From contig JAJYWQ010000064.1 in NCBI GenBank assembly GCA_021791415.1, positions 91,446 through 155,445 of the forward strand: 64,000 nt of DNA, written 5' to 3'. Below, in pieces: positions 39,409 through 48,138 of the stretch; the stretch's first letter is position 1, and each line of letters opens with the position of its first letter. The notes beneath the pieces were generated by a model. The model ran no database searches. It saw only the letters and a list, made by a program, of their open reading frames with translations, and was not told where the DNA came from. The position numbers and the translations under genes were made by a program. Origin of the DNA: a bacterium. Lineage in GTDB: Bacteria; Chloroflexota; Dormibacteria; Aeolococcales; Bog-877.

Positions 39409-39879
39409 TTGAGGGCCGTGGTCCAGCGGGTTCAGCAAGCTGCGGTCCGGGTCCAGGGGGAGGAGGTGGGGGCCACCGGGCCCGGGCTGCTGGTGTACCT
39501 GGGTGTGGGGCCAAGGGACGATGACGGCGTTGCCCGCCATCTGGCCGGCCGCATCGCCACCCTCCGGGTGTTCCCCGACGACCAGGGCAGGATGAACCGC
39601 TCCCTGCTGGAGGTGGGCGGCCAGGCGCTGGTGGTGAGCCAGTTCACCCTGTATGCCGCCACCGGGCGCGGCCACCGGCCATCCTTCCTGGGGGCGGCAG
39701 CCCCGGCCACGGCGGCCGAACTCTGCCGCCGGTTCGGGGAGGAGCTGAGCCGGTTGGGGGTGGCGAGGGTGGCCGAGGGCCGTTTCGGCGCCCACATGGA
39801 GGTTGAGTCGGTGAACGATGGGCCGGTGACCGTGGTCCTCAGTTCGGGCGAGGCGCCCTGGGAGGCGGACTGCGGCTGA
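39409..39879 (+). CDS. dtd: D-aminoacyl-tRNA deacylase
   Basis: 'RAVVQRV', 'LLVYLGV' and 'VVSQFTLYA' (SQFTL) motifs. TTG start 2 nt after the upstream stop. Confidence 0.8.
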   Translation: MRAVVQRVQQAAVRVQGEEVGATGPGLLVYLGVGPRDDDGVARHLAGRIATLRVFPDDQGRMNRSLLEVGGQALVVSQFTLYAATGRGHRPSFLGAAAPATAAELCRRFGEELSRLGVARVAEGRFGAHMEVESVNDGPVTVVLSSGEAPWEADCG

Positions 39880-39942
39880 GGGGCCAGGCCCGGGGCGCCG
39901 CCGGACCTAAGTGAGGATCGGCGGCAAGCGCGGAGGAACCCC

Positions 39943-40182
39943 ATGGCCCAACTGGTTTCGCTACTCAATTCCTGGATTCTCCTGGGACAGGAGCTGATCG
40001 CCAGCCTGGGCACCCTGGCCTTCGTGTGCGCCTTCATCTGGCGGGTGGTCGCCCCCAGCCCTCACAGCGCCCTGGAGGCGCAGCGGTGGCTGGGGCGGAT
40101 CGCCATCGGGACCTTGGGAGTGGAGCTGGCCGGGGTCCTGACCCACGTCCTGCTCTCCGCGGTGCCCCGCGGGTTGGGCTGA
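39943..40182 (+). CDS. Small two-TM membrane protein, TrbC/VirB2 pilin-like (set B)
   Basis: 79 aa. GGAGGA RBS. Same hairpin architecture as the ORF at 20573. Confidence 0.45.
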   Translation: MAQLVSLLNSWILLGQELIASLGTLAFVCAFIWRVVAPSPHSALEAQRWLGRIAIGTLGVELAGVLTHVLLSAVPRGLG

Positions 40183-40194
40183 CCGAAAGCGGCC

Positions 40195-41091
40195 ATGCCC
40201 GGGCCACCCCAGTTCGGCATCAACCCTCTGGGGGTACTGGCCGGGCTCTTCGACGGGATCCTCTCCGAGTTCGTCAGCAGCGCCCGAGGAGCCCTGGACG
40301 CGGCCCTCAAGAGCTACCTCTTCGGCACCTATGACGCCGCCGGGGGACGCGCCCAGGCGCCCTTCACCGGGACGCCGGGCCTGGCCGGCCTCAACCACCT
40401 GCTGGCGGCTGCGGGGGGGGCGCTGCTGCTGGCGGTGCTGCTGTACAGCTCGCTGCGCACGGTGGCGGACCTGGGCGCGGTCCGTCACCAGCTTCAGCAG
40501 GTGCTTCCCCGGTGCCTGGCAGCGGTGGCGCTGGCCACGGTGAGCCTGCCCCTCCTGCAGCAGGTGATCGATCTCAACAATGCCCTCTGTGCCGTGGTGG
40601 TCGGCGGCGCCCAACTCTCCCTGAGCGCCCTCCCCTGGAGCTCTCCGCTCAGCCAGCAGGGGGTCCAGTCCGCGGGGGAGAACCTCTTCCTCCTGCTCTT
40701 CGCCGCGGCCCTCGTGGTGGCCGTGGTGATCCTGGCGCTGAGCTACGTGGTCCGCTACACCCTGCTGGCCGTCCTGTGTGCCGCCGCCCCCCTGGCCGCC
40801 TACTGCACCGTGCTGCCCGAGACCCGGGGATTCGCCCGGCAGTGGGGCAGGCTCCTGGTGGTCTCACTGTTCATGCAGTTCGGCCAGCTCCTCGTGCTGC
40901 GGGTGGCGGTGCAGCTGGCGTTCACCAGGGGGGGCGGGCTGGCCGGAATGCTCTACGCCCTCGCCAGCCTCTACCTCATGCTCCGGGTCCCGGGAGCGCT
41001 CAACGTGGCCACCCACTACGAGTCCAGCGCCGAGGCCGCGGCCCGGAGGTGGAGCCGCGCGGTGCGGCGCCTATCCGTGGGAGAGCTCTGA
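40195..41091 (+). CDS. Polytopic membrane protein, VirB6/TrbL-like (set B)
   Basis: Roughly 6 TM helices. Position after the pilin-like gene mirrors set A. Confidence 0.5.
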   Translation: MPGPPQFGINPLGVLAGLFDGILSEFVSSARGALDAALKSYLFGTYDAAGGRAQAPFTGTPGLAGLNHLLAAAGGALLLAVLLYSSLRTVADLGAVRHQLQQVLPRCLAAVALATVSLPLLQQVIDLNNALCAVVVGGAQLSLSALPWSSPLSQQGVQSAGENLFLLLFAAALVVAVVILALSYVVRYTLLAVLCAAAPLAAYCTVLPETRGFARQWGRLLVVSLFMQFGQLLVLRVAVQLAFTRGGGLAGMLYALASLYLMLRVPGALNVATHYESSAEAAARRWSRAVRRLSVGEL

Positions 41092-41098
41092 GCCCAGG

Positions 41099-41701
41099 TC
41101 AGAGGCTGACGTGGACCTCGCGCAGCCGAAGGCCGAGGGCCTGCTCCAGCCGCCCAAACACCGGATGCGGCCGAAGGCTGGGGCGGTGGTCCAGGTCGCC
41201 GAAGGTGATCTCCATCCGGGCGCGGGGAAGCTCCGGGGTGAAGCTGACCGCCAGCAGCGACACCGATCCGCCGCAGGTCGGGCAGCTGGCGGTGTGGGGG
41301 TCGGGGTGGGGGAAGCGGAGCGAGAAGAGGTCCAGATCGCTCCCGCAGCTCGGACAGGGCGCCCGGTAGGAGCGCAGGGGAACCGAGTCGAAGCCCTCGG
41401 GCCCGGGGTCCGGATAGAAGCGGAGAATCCCCACATCCACCCGGACCTCCCCACGGGGCGGTGCGCCGACAAGGGGGAGCCCGCCGGGCCGGGCTCCCAG
41501 CGCACCCGCGAACTCGGGCCCCGGCAAGAGCGAACCTTCCGGGCCCGGGGCGGCGATCCCCGCCTGCAAAAGCACCTTCCGGGCCCGGGCTTCCGCGCCC
41601 GGCGGGGGCGGCTGGTCCGGGTCCTGGGGCAGCAGGTGCAACCAGCTGCGGTGGGGGTGGGGCCCCAGCCCGCCATCCGGGCGTGGAGCGGCGACAGGCA
41701 C
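41099..41701 (-). CDS. Hypothetical zinc-ribbon protein
   Basis: 'CPSCGSDLD...CPTCGGS' paired CxxC motifs. Overlapping plus-strand ORFs are Pro/Gly/Arg-rich artefacts. Confidence 0.4.
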   Translation of the reverse strand: MPVAAPRPDGGLGPHPHRSWLHLLPQDPDQPPPPGAEARARKVLLQAGIAAPGPEGSLLPGPEFAGALGARPGGLPLVGAPPRGEVRVDVGILRFYPDPGPEGFDSVPLRSYRAPCPSCGSDLDLFSLRFPHPDPHTASCPTCGGSVSLLAVSFTPELPRARMEITFGDLDHRPSLRPHPVFGRLEQALGLRLREVHVSL

Positions 41702-41746
41702 CTACCGATGTTAGCCCGGACGCCGCCCGGCGCCTCGGGGGACTAA

Positions 41747-42070
41747 GTGGGCGTGGCTCTGCGAAGACTCAAGTCGGGGCTGGCGCTGGTGGGGGCGTGT
41801 GCGGCGCTGGCGGTCGTGCTCCCACCGCTGGCAGGCCTGCTCAACCTCGTGGCCGGGGCGACGCTGCTGCTTCTGGCCGGTTATGGAGCCTACCGGGTCT
41901 GGGCCTTCCTGGAGGCCGTGGTGGAGGCGTCCCGGCGTCCGGTCACTGTGCGGCGCAACCTCAAGGAGTCCGCCGACCCTCCACCTCCCGGCCGGCGCCG
42001 CGAGCCCAGGGAGCGCGAGCTCAGGGTTCGGCAGGTCGAGCGGGCTCCCCAGCCGGAGCGGACTCGATGA
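41747..42070 (+). CDS. Hypothetical small two-TM membrane protein
   Basis: GTG start with two hydrophobic helices. Its 3' end would overlap the convergent RDD gene by ~50 nt. Confidence 0.3.
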   Translation: MGVALRRLKSGLALVGACAALAVVLPPLAGLLNLVAGATLLLLAGYGAYRVWAFLEAVVEASRRPVTVRRNLKESADPPPPGRRREPRERELRVRQVERAPQPERTR

Positions 42071-42831
42071 GCCGCTGCCGGAGCTGCAGGTAGAGCCTCT
42101 CCAGGAGGTCGAGGGGGTCCCGATCCAGGGGCCCCGGCCATACCACCCCGGGCCGACGCTCCAGGGCTCGGACCAGCTCCAGGGAGACCTCCTGGCGCCG
42201 CCGGGGGGAGAGCTCCGGCCGGGCCAGCAGATCCTCGAGCAGGCTTAGCTCGCGCCGTCCGCAGGCCTCCGCGCCGGAGATGGGCGGCCCAGGGTCGGTG
42301 CGGCGCAACCTCGGAATGGGACCGGCGCCGAGCCCCCGCTCCAGGCGGCGAAGTCCGCGGTCGTGGACCACGATGGTTCCGGCCGCCAGGTCGCCCAGCC
42401 GCCGGGGGCGGGAGCCGGCGAACATCGCCACCACCCCAATCCCGTACAGGAAGGGGAGGAAGTCCAGGATCCGGATCAGGTTGCGCACCAGCGAGTCGGC
42501 GGCTGTCAGGGGAGCACCGGAGCGGTCCACCACCCGGAGTCCGAAGATGGCCTTTCCCAGCGAGCGGCCCCGGGTCGCCACCTCCCAGAGAACGTAGTAG
42601 GCCACCGGTACCACCGAGGCCACGACCACCAGGATGATGAGGGCGCCGCCCGCCGGCGCGGCGTTCAGGGTGTACCCGGAGACCGCGACCGCACCGGCCA
42701 GGAAGGCGAGGATGATCAGCAGGATGACCACGGTGTCGACCACCGCCGCCAGCCCGCGCGAGCCGATCCCGGCCACCGGCTGGGAGACGGTGACGCTCTC
42801 CGGGGTGCGGTACTCGAACCGTTGCAGCACA
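42021..42831 (-). CDS. RDD-family membrane protein
   Basis: RDD domain ('GRSLGKAIFGLRVVDRSG...LVRNLIRILD'). Start (GTG) and C-terminal extension are uncertain. The upper 1.6 kb of track ORF 42021..44447 is an antisense artefact. Confidence 0.65.
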
Positions 42832-42854
42832 GCTGGCGGGCATCGTATCGCCGG

Positions 42855-43859
42855 GTGGGGAAGATCGGGCCGGTGATCAACCAGGAGGAGTTCCGCCGCC
42901 TCGGGGCCCCGCGCTGGGAGGAGCTGATCGGGCTCGCCCGCCGGCTGGGGGCGAGGCGCCTTGGGGGCCGGTCGGCGGCTGAGGTGGACCAGCTTTCTTC
43001 GCTGGTCCAGCGGCTGAGCTCCGACCTGGCGCTGGCCCGGCGCGACTACCCGGACTCCGAGCTGGTCTCCGAGCTGGAGCGGCTGCTGGCCACCGCCCAG
43101 CCGGTGCTCTACCGCCAGCCCCGGGGTGGACTCCGGCAGCTGCCTGCCTTCTTCGCCGTGGGCCTGCCACGGCTCTTCCGGGAGCTCGGCGGATATGTGG
43201 CGGTGGCCGGGGGATGCCTGGTGGCGGGCGTCGCGGCGGGATGGGCCGCTGTCGGCCTGCGACCCGACCTCACCGGGCTGCTCCCCGCCGGCTACCAGGC
43301 CAGCCTGGCCGCCCACCACCTGGGAAACCCCGCGGCCGTGGGTGGGCAGCTGGGCTCTCAGCTCTCCGCCTTCATCATCCAGAACAACGTCCGAGTGGCG
43401 GCGCTGGCCTGTGTCCTGGGGCTGCTCCTGGGGGTGCCCACAGTGGCCCTCTTGCTGGCCAACGGCTTTCAGCTGGGGGTTCTGGCCAGCGCCAGCCACG
43501 CCGCCGGCCTCGACCTCCAGTTCTGGTCCCTCATCGTCCCCCACGGAGTCATCGAACTGACGGTCATCTGCACCGCCGCCGGAGCTGGGCTGCGCCTCGG
43601 GGACGCGGTGCTCCGCCCGGGCCTGCGCAGCCGGGAGGAGGCTCTGGCGCAGGCGGCGCGGCCGGCGGTGGAACTCGCCCTGGGGGCGGCTTGCCTTCTC
43701 GTGATTGCCGGCCTCATCGAGGGATTCGTCACTCCCTCGGCGCTGCCCGACGCCGCCAAGTTGGCCGTGGGGGCCGCAACCGGGCTGGCCCTCTATTCCT
43801 GGCTCCTGCTGGCCGGAAGGCGTCGAGTCCCGGCGAGGGCGATCTCGGGCAACTGCTAG
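42855..43859 (+). CDS. Stage II sporulation protein M-like (DUF95) membrane protein
   Basis: N-terminal soluble helical region followed by a multi-TM domain ('FIIQNNVRVAALACVLGLLLGVPTVALLLANG'). GTG start. Confidence 0.65.
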   Translation: MGKIGPVINQEEFRRLGAPRWEELIGLARRLGARRLGGRSAAEVDQLSSLVQRLSSDLALARRDYPDSELVSELERLLATAQPVLYRQPRGGLRQLPAFFAVGLPRLFRELGGYVAVAGGCLVAGVAAGWAAVGLRPDLTGLLPAGYQASLAAHHLGNPAAVGGQLGSQLSAFIIQNNVRVAALACVLGLLLGVPTVALLLANGFQLGVLASASHAAGLDLQFWSLIVPHGVIELTVICTAAGAGLRLGDAVLRPGLRSREEALAQAARPAVELALGAACLLVIAGLIEGFVTPSALPDAAKLAVGAATGLALYSWLLLAGRRRVPARAISGNC

Positions 43860-43868
43860 GCTTGAGCC

Positions 43869-44750
43869 GTGGAGGTGGTCAAGATCAGGCCCCGCGGCTA
43901 CTGCCACGGTGTGGTGGAGGCGATCCGGGCCCTGCGCCAAACCGCGGCCGCCCATCCCGGCGAGCCGGTGGCCATGCTGGGTCACCTGGTGCACAACGAG
44001 CACGTGACCCGGGAGTTCGCCGACCTGGGGGTGCGGCTGGTGGACGCCCCCTCGCGGCTGGAGGCGCTGGACCTGGTCGACAGCGGAACGGTGGTGCTCA
44101 CCGCCCACGGCGTCTCGCCCGCGGTGCGGGAGAGGGCGCTGGCCAAGGGGCTCAACGTGGTGGACGCGACCTGCACCGACGTCATCAGGACCCACGGGCT
44201 GGTCCGGGACCTCTGCCGGAAGGGGTACACCGTGGTGTACATCGGTCGCCGGGGGCACCCCGAGCCCGAGGGGGTTCTGGGCGAGGCCCCGGATCAGATC
44301 CACCTGGTGGAGAGCGTCGAGGACGTCGACCGGCTGGAACCCGCCCCTGGCCCGCTGGCGGTGACCACCCAGACCACCCTCTCGATGTGGGACACCAGCG
44401 CCATCATCGACCGGCTGCGGGAGCGGTTCCCGGAGATCGAGGTCCACAACGAGATCTGCCTCGCCACCCAGGAGCGGCAGCAGGCGGCTGTGGAGCAGGC
44501 CGCGTCCTGCGACCTCGTGGTGGTGGTGGGAAGCGCTAGGAGCAGCAACACCCAGCGGCTGGTGCAGGTGGTGAGGGAGCTAGCCAACCGACCGGCGTAC
44601 CTGGTGGACACCGCCGAAGACCTTCGCCCCGAGTGGTTCCAGGGCGTGCAGCGGGTGGGAGTGACATCCGGGGCCTCCACCCCCTCCCAGATCACCCGGG
44701 AGGTGATCGCCAGGCTCGAGCAGCTGCAGCCGGCGGCGGTGGCGGGCTAG
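43869..44750 (+). CDS. ispH: 4-hydroxy-3-methylbut-2-enyl diphosphate reductase
   Basis: 'RGYCHGVVEAI', 'TAHGVSP' and 'ICLATQERQ' motifs with conserved Cys ligands. Confidence 0.85.
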   Translation: MEVVKIRPRGYCHGVVEAIRALRQTAAAHPGEPVAMLGHLVHNEHVTREFADLGVRLVDAPSRLEALDLVDSGTVVLTAHGVSPAVRERALAKGLNVVDATCTDVIRTHGLVRDLCRKGYTVVYIGRRGHPEPEGVLGEAPDQIHLVESVEDVDRLEPAPGPLAVTTQTTLSMWDTSAIIDRLRERFPEIEVHNEICLATQERQQAAVEQAASCDLVVVVGSARSSNTQRLVQVVRELANRPAYLVDTAEDLRPEWFQGVQRVGVTSGASTPSQITREVIARLEQLQPAAVAG

Positions 44751-44751
44751 C

Positions 44752-46050
44752 TCAAATCGCTCCCCTGGCCTTGAGGTCCAGGTAGCGGTCGATCAGCGCC
44801 GGGCCAAGCCCGTCCGCTCCACTGTCAACCGTGGGGACCCGCAGGGCCACGAGGCGGTCCAGCGCCAGCTGCCGCTCCTCCAGGAGCCTCAGGGCAGCGG
44901 CCCTCCGGTACACGGCGCGGGCGTCCTCTGGGATCTGGGTCTGCTCACGGTCCAGGACCGGGTCCCGCTGGGTGACCACCAGGGGGAGGTGCCGGGGCCT
45001 CAGGCGGCCCACCGCGGCCGCCAGCCGGGACGCCATGTCAGGGTCCGAGAGGTCGGTGAAGCTCACCACCAGGGCGCGGGGCCCCTGCCGCCGGCGGAGC
45101 TCCAGGGCGGCGAGGCTCCAGTCCGGGTCCACCAGCTCCGGGCGGAGCCGCGCCAGCCCCTCCTGGAGGCGGCGGTAGTGAGCCCGGCCGGCTCGAGGGG
45201 GAACCACGGGAGAGGGGGCCGAAGCCACGGACAGCGCCCCCACCCGGTCGCCCCTGGAGAGGGCCACCCAGGCCAGCAGGAGGGCCGACGAGAGGGCCAC
45301 GTCCAGCTTGCTCACCTCGCCGTCGCCGGAGGCCATCAGGCGCCCGCAGTCCAGGACCAGCCAGATGGGACGCGACCGCTCGGGCTCGTACTGGCTGGTC
45401 ATGGGACGACCCAGCCGGGCGGTGGCGCGCCAGTTCACCCGCCGGGGGTCGTCCCCCACCACGTAGTCGCGGATTGCCGCGAACTCGGTCCCCTCGCCGT
45501 AGCGGTGCCAGCCCCGGTTCCCCAAGGGCTCCGACCCCGAGCGGCGGGCCCGGCCTTCCCACCTCCCCACCGCGTGCAGCGCCGGCAGTACGGAGACCTC
45601 GGTGGAGAGGGGCACGGCACGCTGGCGGCGCCACAGACCCAGGGGCCCGGGCGCCCTGATCGCCACCCGCCCGAATCGCACAGCTCCCCTCCGGCGTGGG
45701 CGGCAGGTGTAGCGCGCGACCCCCTCCCCGCCGGCGGGCACCAGGAGCTCCAGCACCCGCGGCTCGGCCACCAGGTCGGGCTCGGTCTCGTCCCGGCAAA
45801 GCACCCGGACCGGCCGGCGACTCTCGCAGCGGATGCGCAGCTCGACCGGGTTGGGCTCAGCCAGGGCCAGGGCAGGCGCGAGACGCCGGTCGACGGTCCA
45901 GCGGTGGGGGGCGACAGACCAGTCCAGGAACGCCACCGCCGCCAGTCCCGCCAGCCAGGCTCCTCCCAGGACCGTGAGGGGCCAGAGGGCGGTGCCGGCC
46001 AGGAGCAGGCCCACTCCGGCCACCCCCAGAAAGAAGGCTCGTGGGGTCAC
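44752..46050 (-). CDS. DUF58 (VWA-like) protein, MoxR partner
   Basis: 'FAAIRDYVVGDDPRRVNWRATARL' DUF58 signature. N-terminal TM helices. Confidence 0.75.
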   Translation of the reverse strand: MTPRAFFLGVAGVGLLLAGTALWPLTVLGGAWLAGLAAVAFLDWSVAPHRWTVDRRLAPALALAEPNPVELRIRCESRRPVRVLCRDETEPDLVAEPRVLELLVPAGGEGVARYTCRPRRRGAVRFGRVAIRAPGPLGLWRRQRAVPLSTEVSVLPALHAVGRWEGRARRSGSEPLGNRGWHRYGEGTEFAAIRDYVVGDDPRRVNWRATARLGRPMTSQYEPERSRPIWLVLDCGRLMASGDGEVSKLDVALSSALLLAWVALSRGDRVGALSVASAPSPVVPPRAGRAHYRRLQEGLARLRPELVDPDWSLAALELRRRQGPRALVVSFTDLSDPDMASRLAAAVGRLRPRHLPLVVTQRDPVLDREQTQIPEDARAVYRRAAALRLLEERQLALDRLVALRVPTVDSGADGLGPALIDRYLDLKARGAI

Positions 46051-46052
46051 GG

Positions 46053-47006
46053 TCAGCGGGGGACGGCCACCCGGGCCAGAACCCTCCCCACGGCGGAGGC
46101 CTCGTCCAGCCCCTGCATCTCGGCCTCGGGGCGGAGCTGGAGCCGGTGGCGGAGCACCGGCATGCAGAGCTCCTTCACATCCTCGGGGGTGACGAACTGG
46201 CGGCCAGAGGCGGCCGCCCGGGCCTTTCCCAGCCGGACCAGCGCCACCGTGGCCCGGGAGCTGGCCCCGAAGGCCAGTTCGGGCGCCTCCCGGGAGGCCG
46301 CCACGATGGAGCTGATGTAGCGGCGCACCTCCTCGGAGCAGCTGACCCCGGCCACCTCGCGGCGGAGCTCCAGAAGCACCTCCGGCCCTGCCGGGGGCTG
46401 CCCGGCGAGGATCTCGTCCAACCGGTTGGCGTCGAAGCCCTGGTCCACCCGGCGGGCCAGCTCCAGCTCCCCCTCGACGCCCAGCGCCGGCATCGCCACC
46501 TTGACCATGAAGCGGTCCAGCTCCGCCTCTGGCAGGGGGAAGGTGCCCTCCAGCTCGATGGGGTTCTGGGTGGCCAGGACCATGAAGCGATCGCCGAGCT
46601 GGTGGGATCGGCCGTCCAGCGTCACCTGGCGCTCCTCCATGGCCTCCAGGAGCGCCGCCTGGGTCTTGGCCGGGCTGCGGTTGATCTCGTCGGCGAGGAG
46701 CACGTCGGTGAATACCGGGCCGGGTCGGACCTCGAAACGGGCGACCCGCTGGTCGTAAACCACGCTGCCGACGATGTCGGCCGGAAGCAGGTCGGGGGTG
46801 AACTGGACCCGGCCGAATTTGGCGCCGGTGAGGCGGGCCAGGGTCCGCGCCATGAGGGTCTTGGCGGTGCCGGGAAGCCCTTCCAGGAGCACGTGTCCCC
46901 CCACCACCATGGTGAGGAGGCTGATGCGCAGGGGGTCCATGGAGCCCACCAGGACGGCCGCCGCCGCCTGCTCCACCTCCGCCAGGGCCTCAGCCGTTCT
47001 GGTCAT
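46053..47006 (-). CDS. MoxR-family AAA+ ATPase
   Basis: Walker A 'GLPGTAKT', Walker B 'LLADEINR' and 'VLATQNP' sensor region. Confidence 0.85.
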   Translation of the reverse strand: MTRTAEALAEVEQAAAAVLVGSMDPLRISLLTMVVGGHVLLEGLPGTAKTLMARTLARLTGAKFGRVQFTPDLLPADIVGSVVYDQRVARFEVRPGPVFTDVLLADEINRSPAKTQAALLEAMEERQVTLDGRSHQLGDRFMVLATQNPIELEGTFPLPEAELDRFMVKVAMPALGVEGELELARRVDQGFDANRLDEILAGQPPAGPEVLLELRREVAGVSCSEEVRRYISSIVAASREAPELAFGASSRATVALVRLGKARAAASGRQFVTPEDVKELCMPVLRHRLQLRPEAEMQGLDEASAVGRVLARVAVPR

Positions 47007-47007
47007 C

Positions 47008-48138
47008 TCACCTCCCTCTCACCGGGCCCGTCCCGCACAGCTCCAGCGCCGCCCTGGTGGACCTCTCCGCCAGCCCCACCAGTGTGGGGCCGTCAGTCCC
47101 CTCCCGCGAGGCGACCTCCAGCGCCCTGAGCAGCTCTGGCGCGGAAACTCGGCCGTCCGCCCCCGGGCCCGCCGGGGAGTTGGGGCCGGTGGCGATGGCG
47201 GCCGCCAGCTCCGACCGGTAGCGCTCGGCGATCGCCCGGCGGTCCCCGATCCGCGCGTACAGGCTGGCCACGGCCTCCAGGTGGTCGTCGGTACCCCGCC
47301 GGGCCAGAAGCTGGGCCGCCGGAAGCGGGCGGCCCAGCCGCCGCCCGGAGGACGCCAGGAACAGCAGGCAGAGGGCGGCCAGCACCAGGGCGGAGGCGCC
47401 CAGGGTGGTGCCCCAGAGGAGGGCCGCGGTGCCGTCCCCCAGCTGGTATCCGTGGTGGATCTCGTCGAAGAGAACGGTCCTGTGCCCAGCCAGGCCCAGG
47501 ACCCGCGCGGCGAAGAGGCCGTCCTGGGCCTGGCGGAGGCCGAGGTTGGAGAACGGATACGCCGAGTTCAGAACTATCGCCTCACCCTTCCCCAGGGTGA
47601 CCACCTCGGCCGCGGGGTGTGGGCCCCCGCCAAGGAGTGGGAGCGCGGCCGGGCTGGAGGCCTCATACCCCGGCCCGGCACCCCCCTCAACCAGCAGCGG
47701 GCCGGTTCCCCCGAGGGGAAGGCGCTCTCTCAGGGCTCCCGCGGGAAGATGGCCCGTGGCCGCCAGCCCAAGCAGGGAGAGCAAGGGGCGCGTCACCGGG
47801 GTCGCGCCCCCAGCCAGGACCAGCCTCCCGCCTGCGCGGACGAAGGCCCAGATGGCCTGCGCGGCCGAGCGGGAGAACGGCACCGTGGGCTGGTACTCGA
47901 CCAGGGTCGCTCCCCCCCGCAGCGCGGCGGGCAGGTCGGAGCCGGTGACCCGCTCCGGCCGGGTGCCCAGGCCCAGGGAGAGGTGGTAAAGGGCCCAGCT
48001 CCCCCCGGTCCCCGTGGACCAGCTGCTGGGGTTGGCGTTGTCGGGGGCAGGTGCCGGCGCCAGGGCGACGGCTGCGACGCCCCCCAACACCACCAGGGCC
48101 AGGATCGCCAGGTAGGGGCGGACCGCCACCCGGGTCAC
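47008..48138 (-). CDS. DUF4350-domain protein
   Basis: N-terminal TM followed by a DUF4350-like region. GTGA overlap with the upstream gene. Operon position after MoxR. Confidence 0.6.
   Translation of the reverse strand: MTRVAVRPYLAILALVVLGGVAAVALAPAPAPDNANPSSWSTGTGGSWALYHLSLGLGTRPERVTGSDLPAALRGGATLVEYQPTVPFSRSAAQAIWAFVRAGGRLVLAGGATPVTRPLLSLLGLAATGHLPAGALRERLPLGGTGPLLVEGGAGPGYEASSPAALPLLGGGPHPAAEVVTLGKGEAIVLNSAYPFSNLGLRQAQDGLFAARVLGLAGHRTVLFDEIHHGYQLGDGTAALLWGTTLGASALVLAALCLLFLASSGRRLGRPLPAAQLLARRGTDDHLEAVASLYARIGDRRAIAERYRSELAAAIATGPNSPAGPGADGRVSAPELLRALEVASREGTDGPTLVGLAERSTRAALELCGTGPVRGR

Noticed and set aside
36854-39514. 886-aa minus-strand ORF
   Set aside because: Antisense to the second VirB4-like gene, the orphan ORF and dtd. 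Composition is degenerate.
19023-41091. Integrative conjugative element / prophage interpretation of the T4SS-like region
   Set aside because: The window shows no integrase, relaxase, excisionase, replication initiator, phage structural genes or flanking direct repeats. GC content is uniform. Core housekeeping genes (hemE, folB, dtd) are interleaved. The only tRNA (Glu) lies 13 kb away and has no adjacent integrase. This cannot be fully excluded without the flanking sequence.
42840-44447. Upper part of 808-aa minus-strand ORF
   Set aside because: Only the 3' ~810 nt (42021-42831) encode the RDD protein. The remainder is antisense to the SpoIIM-like gene and ispH.
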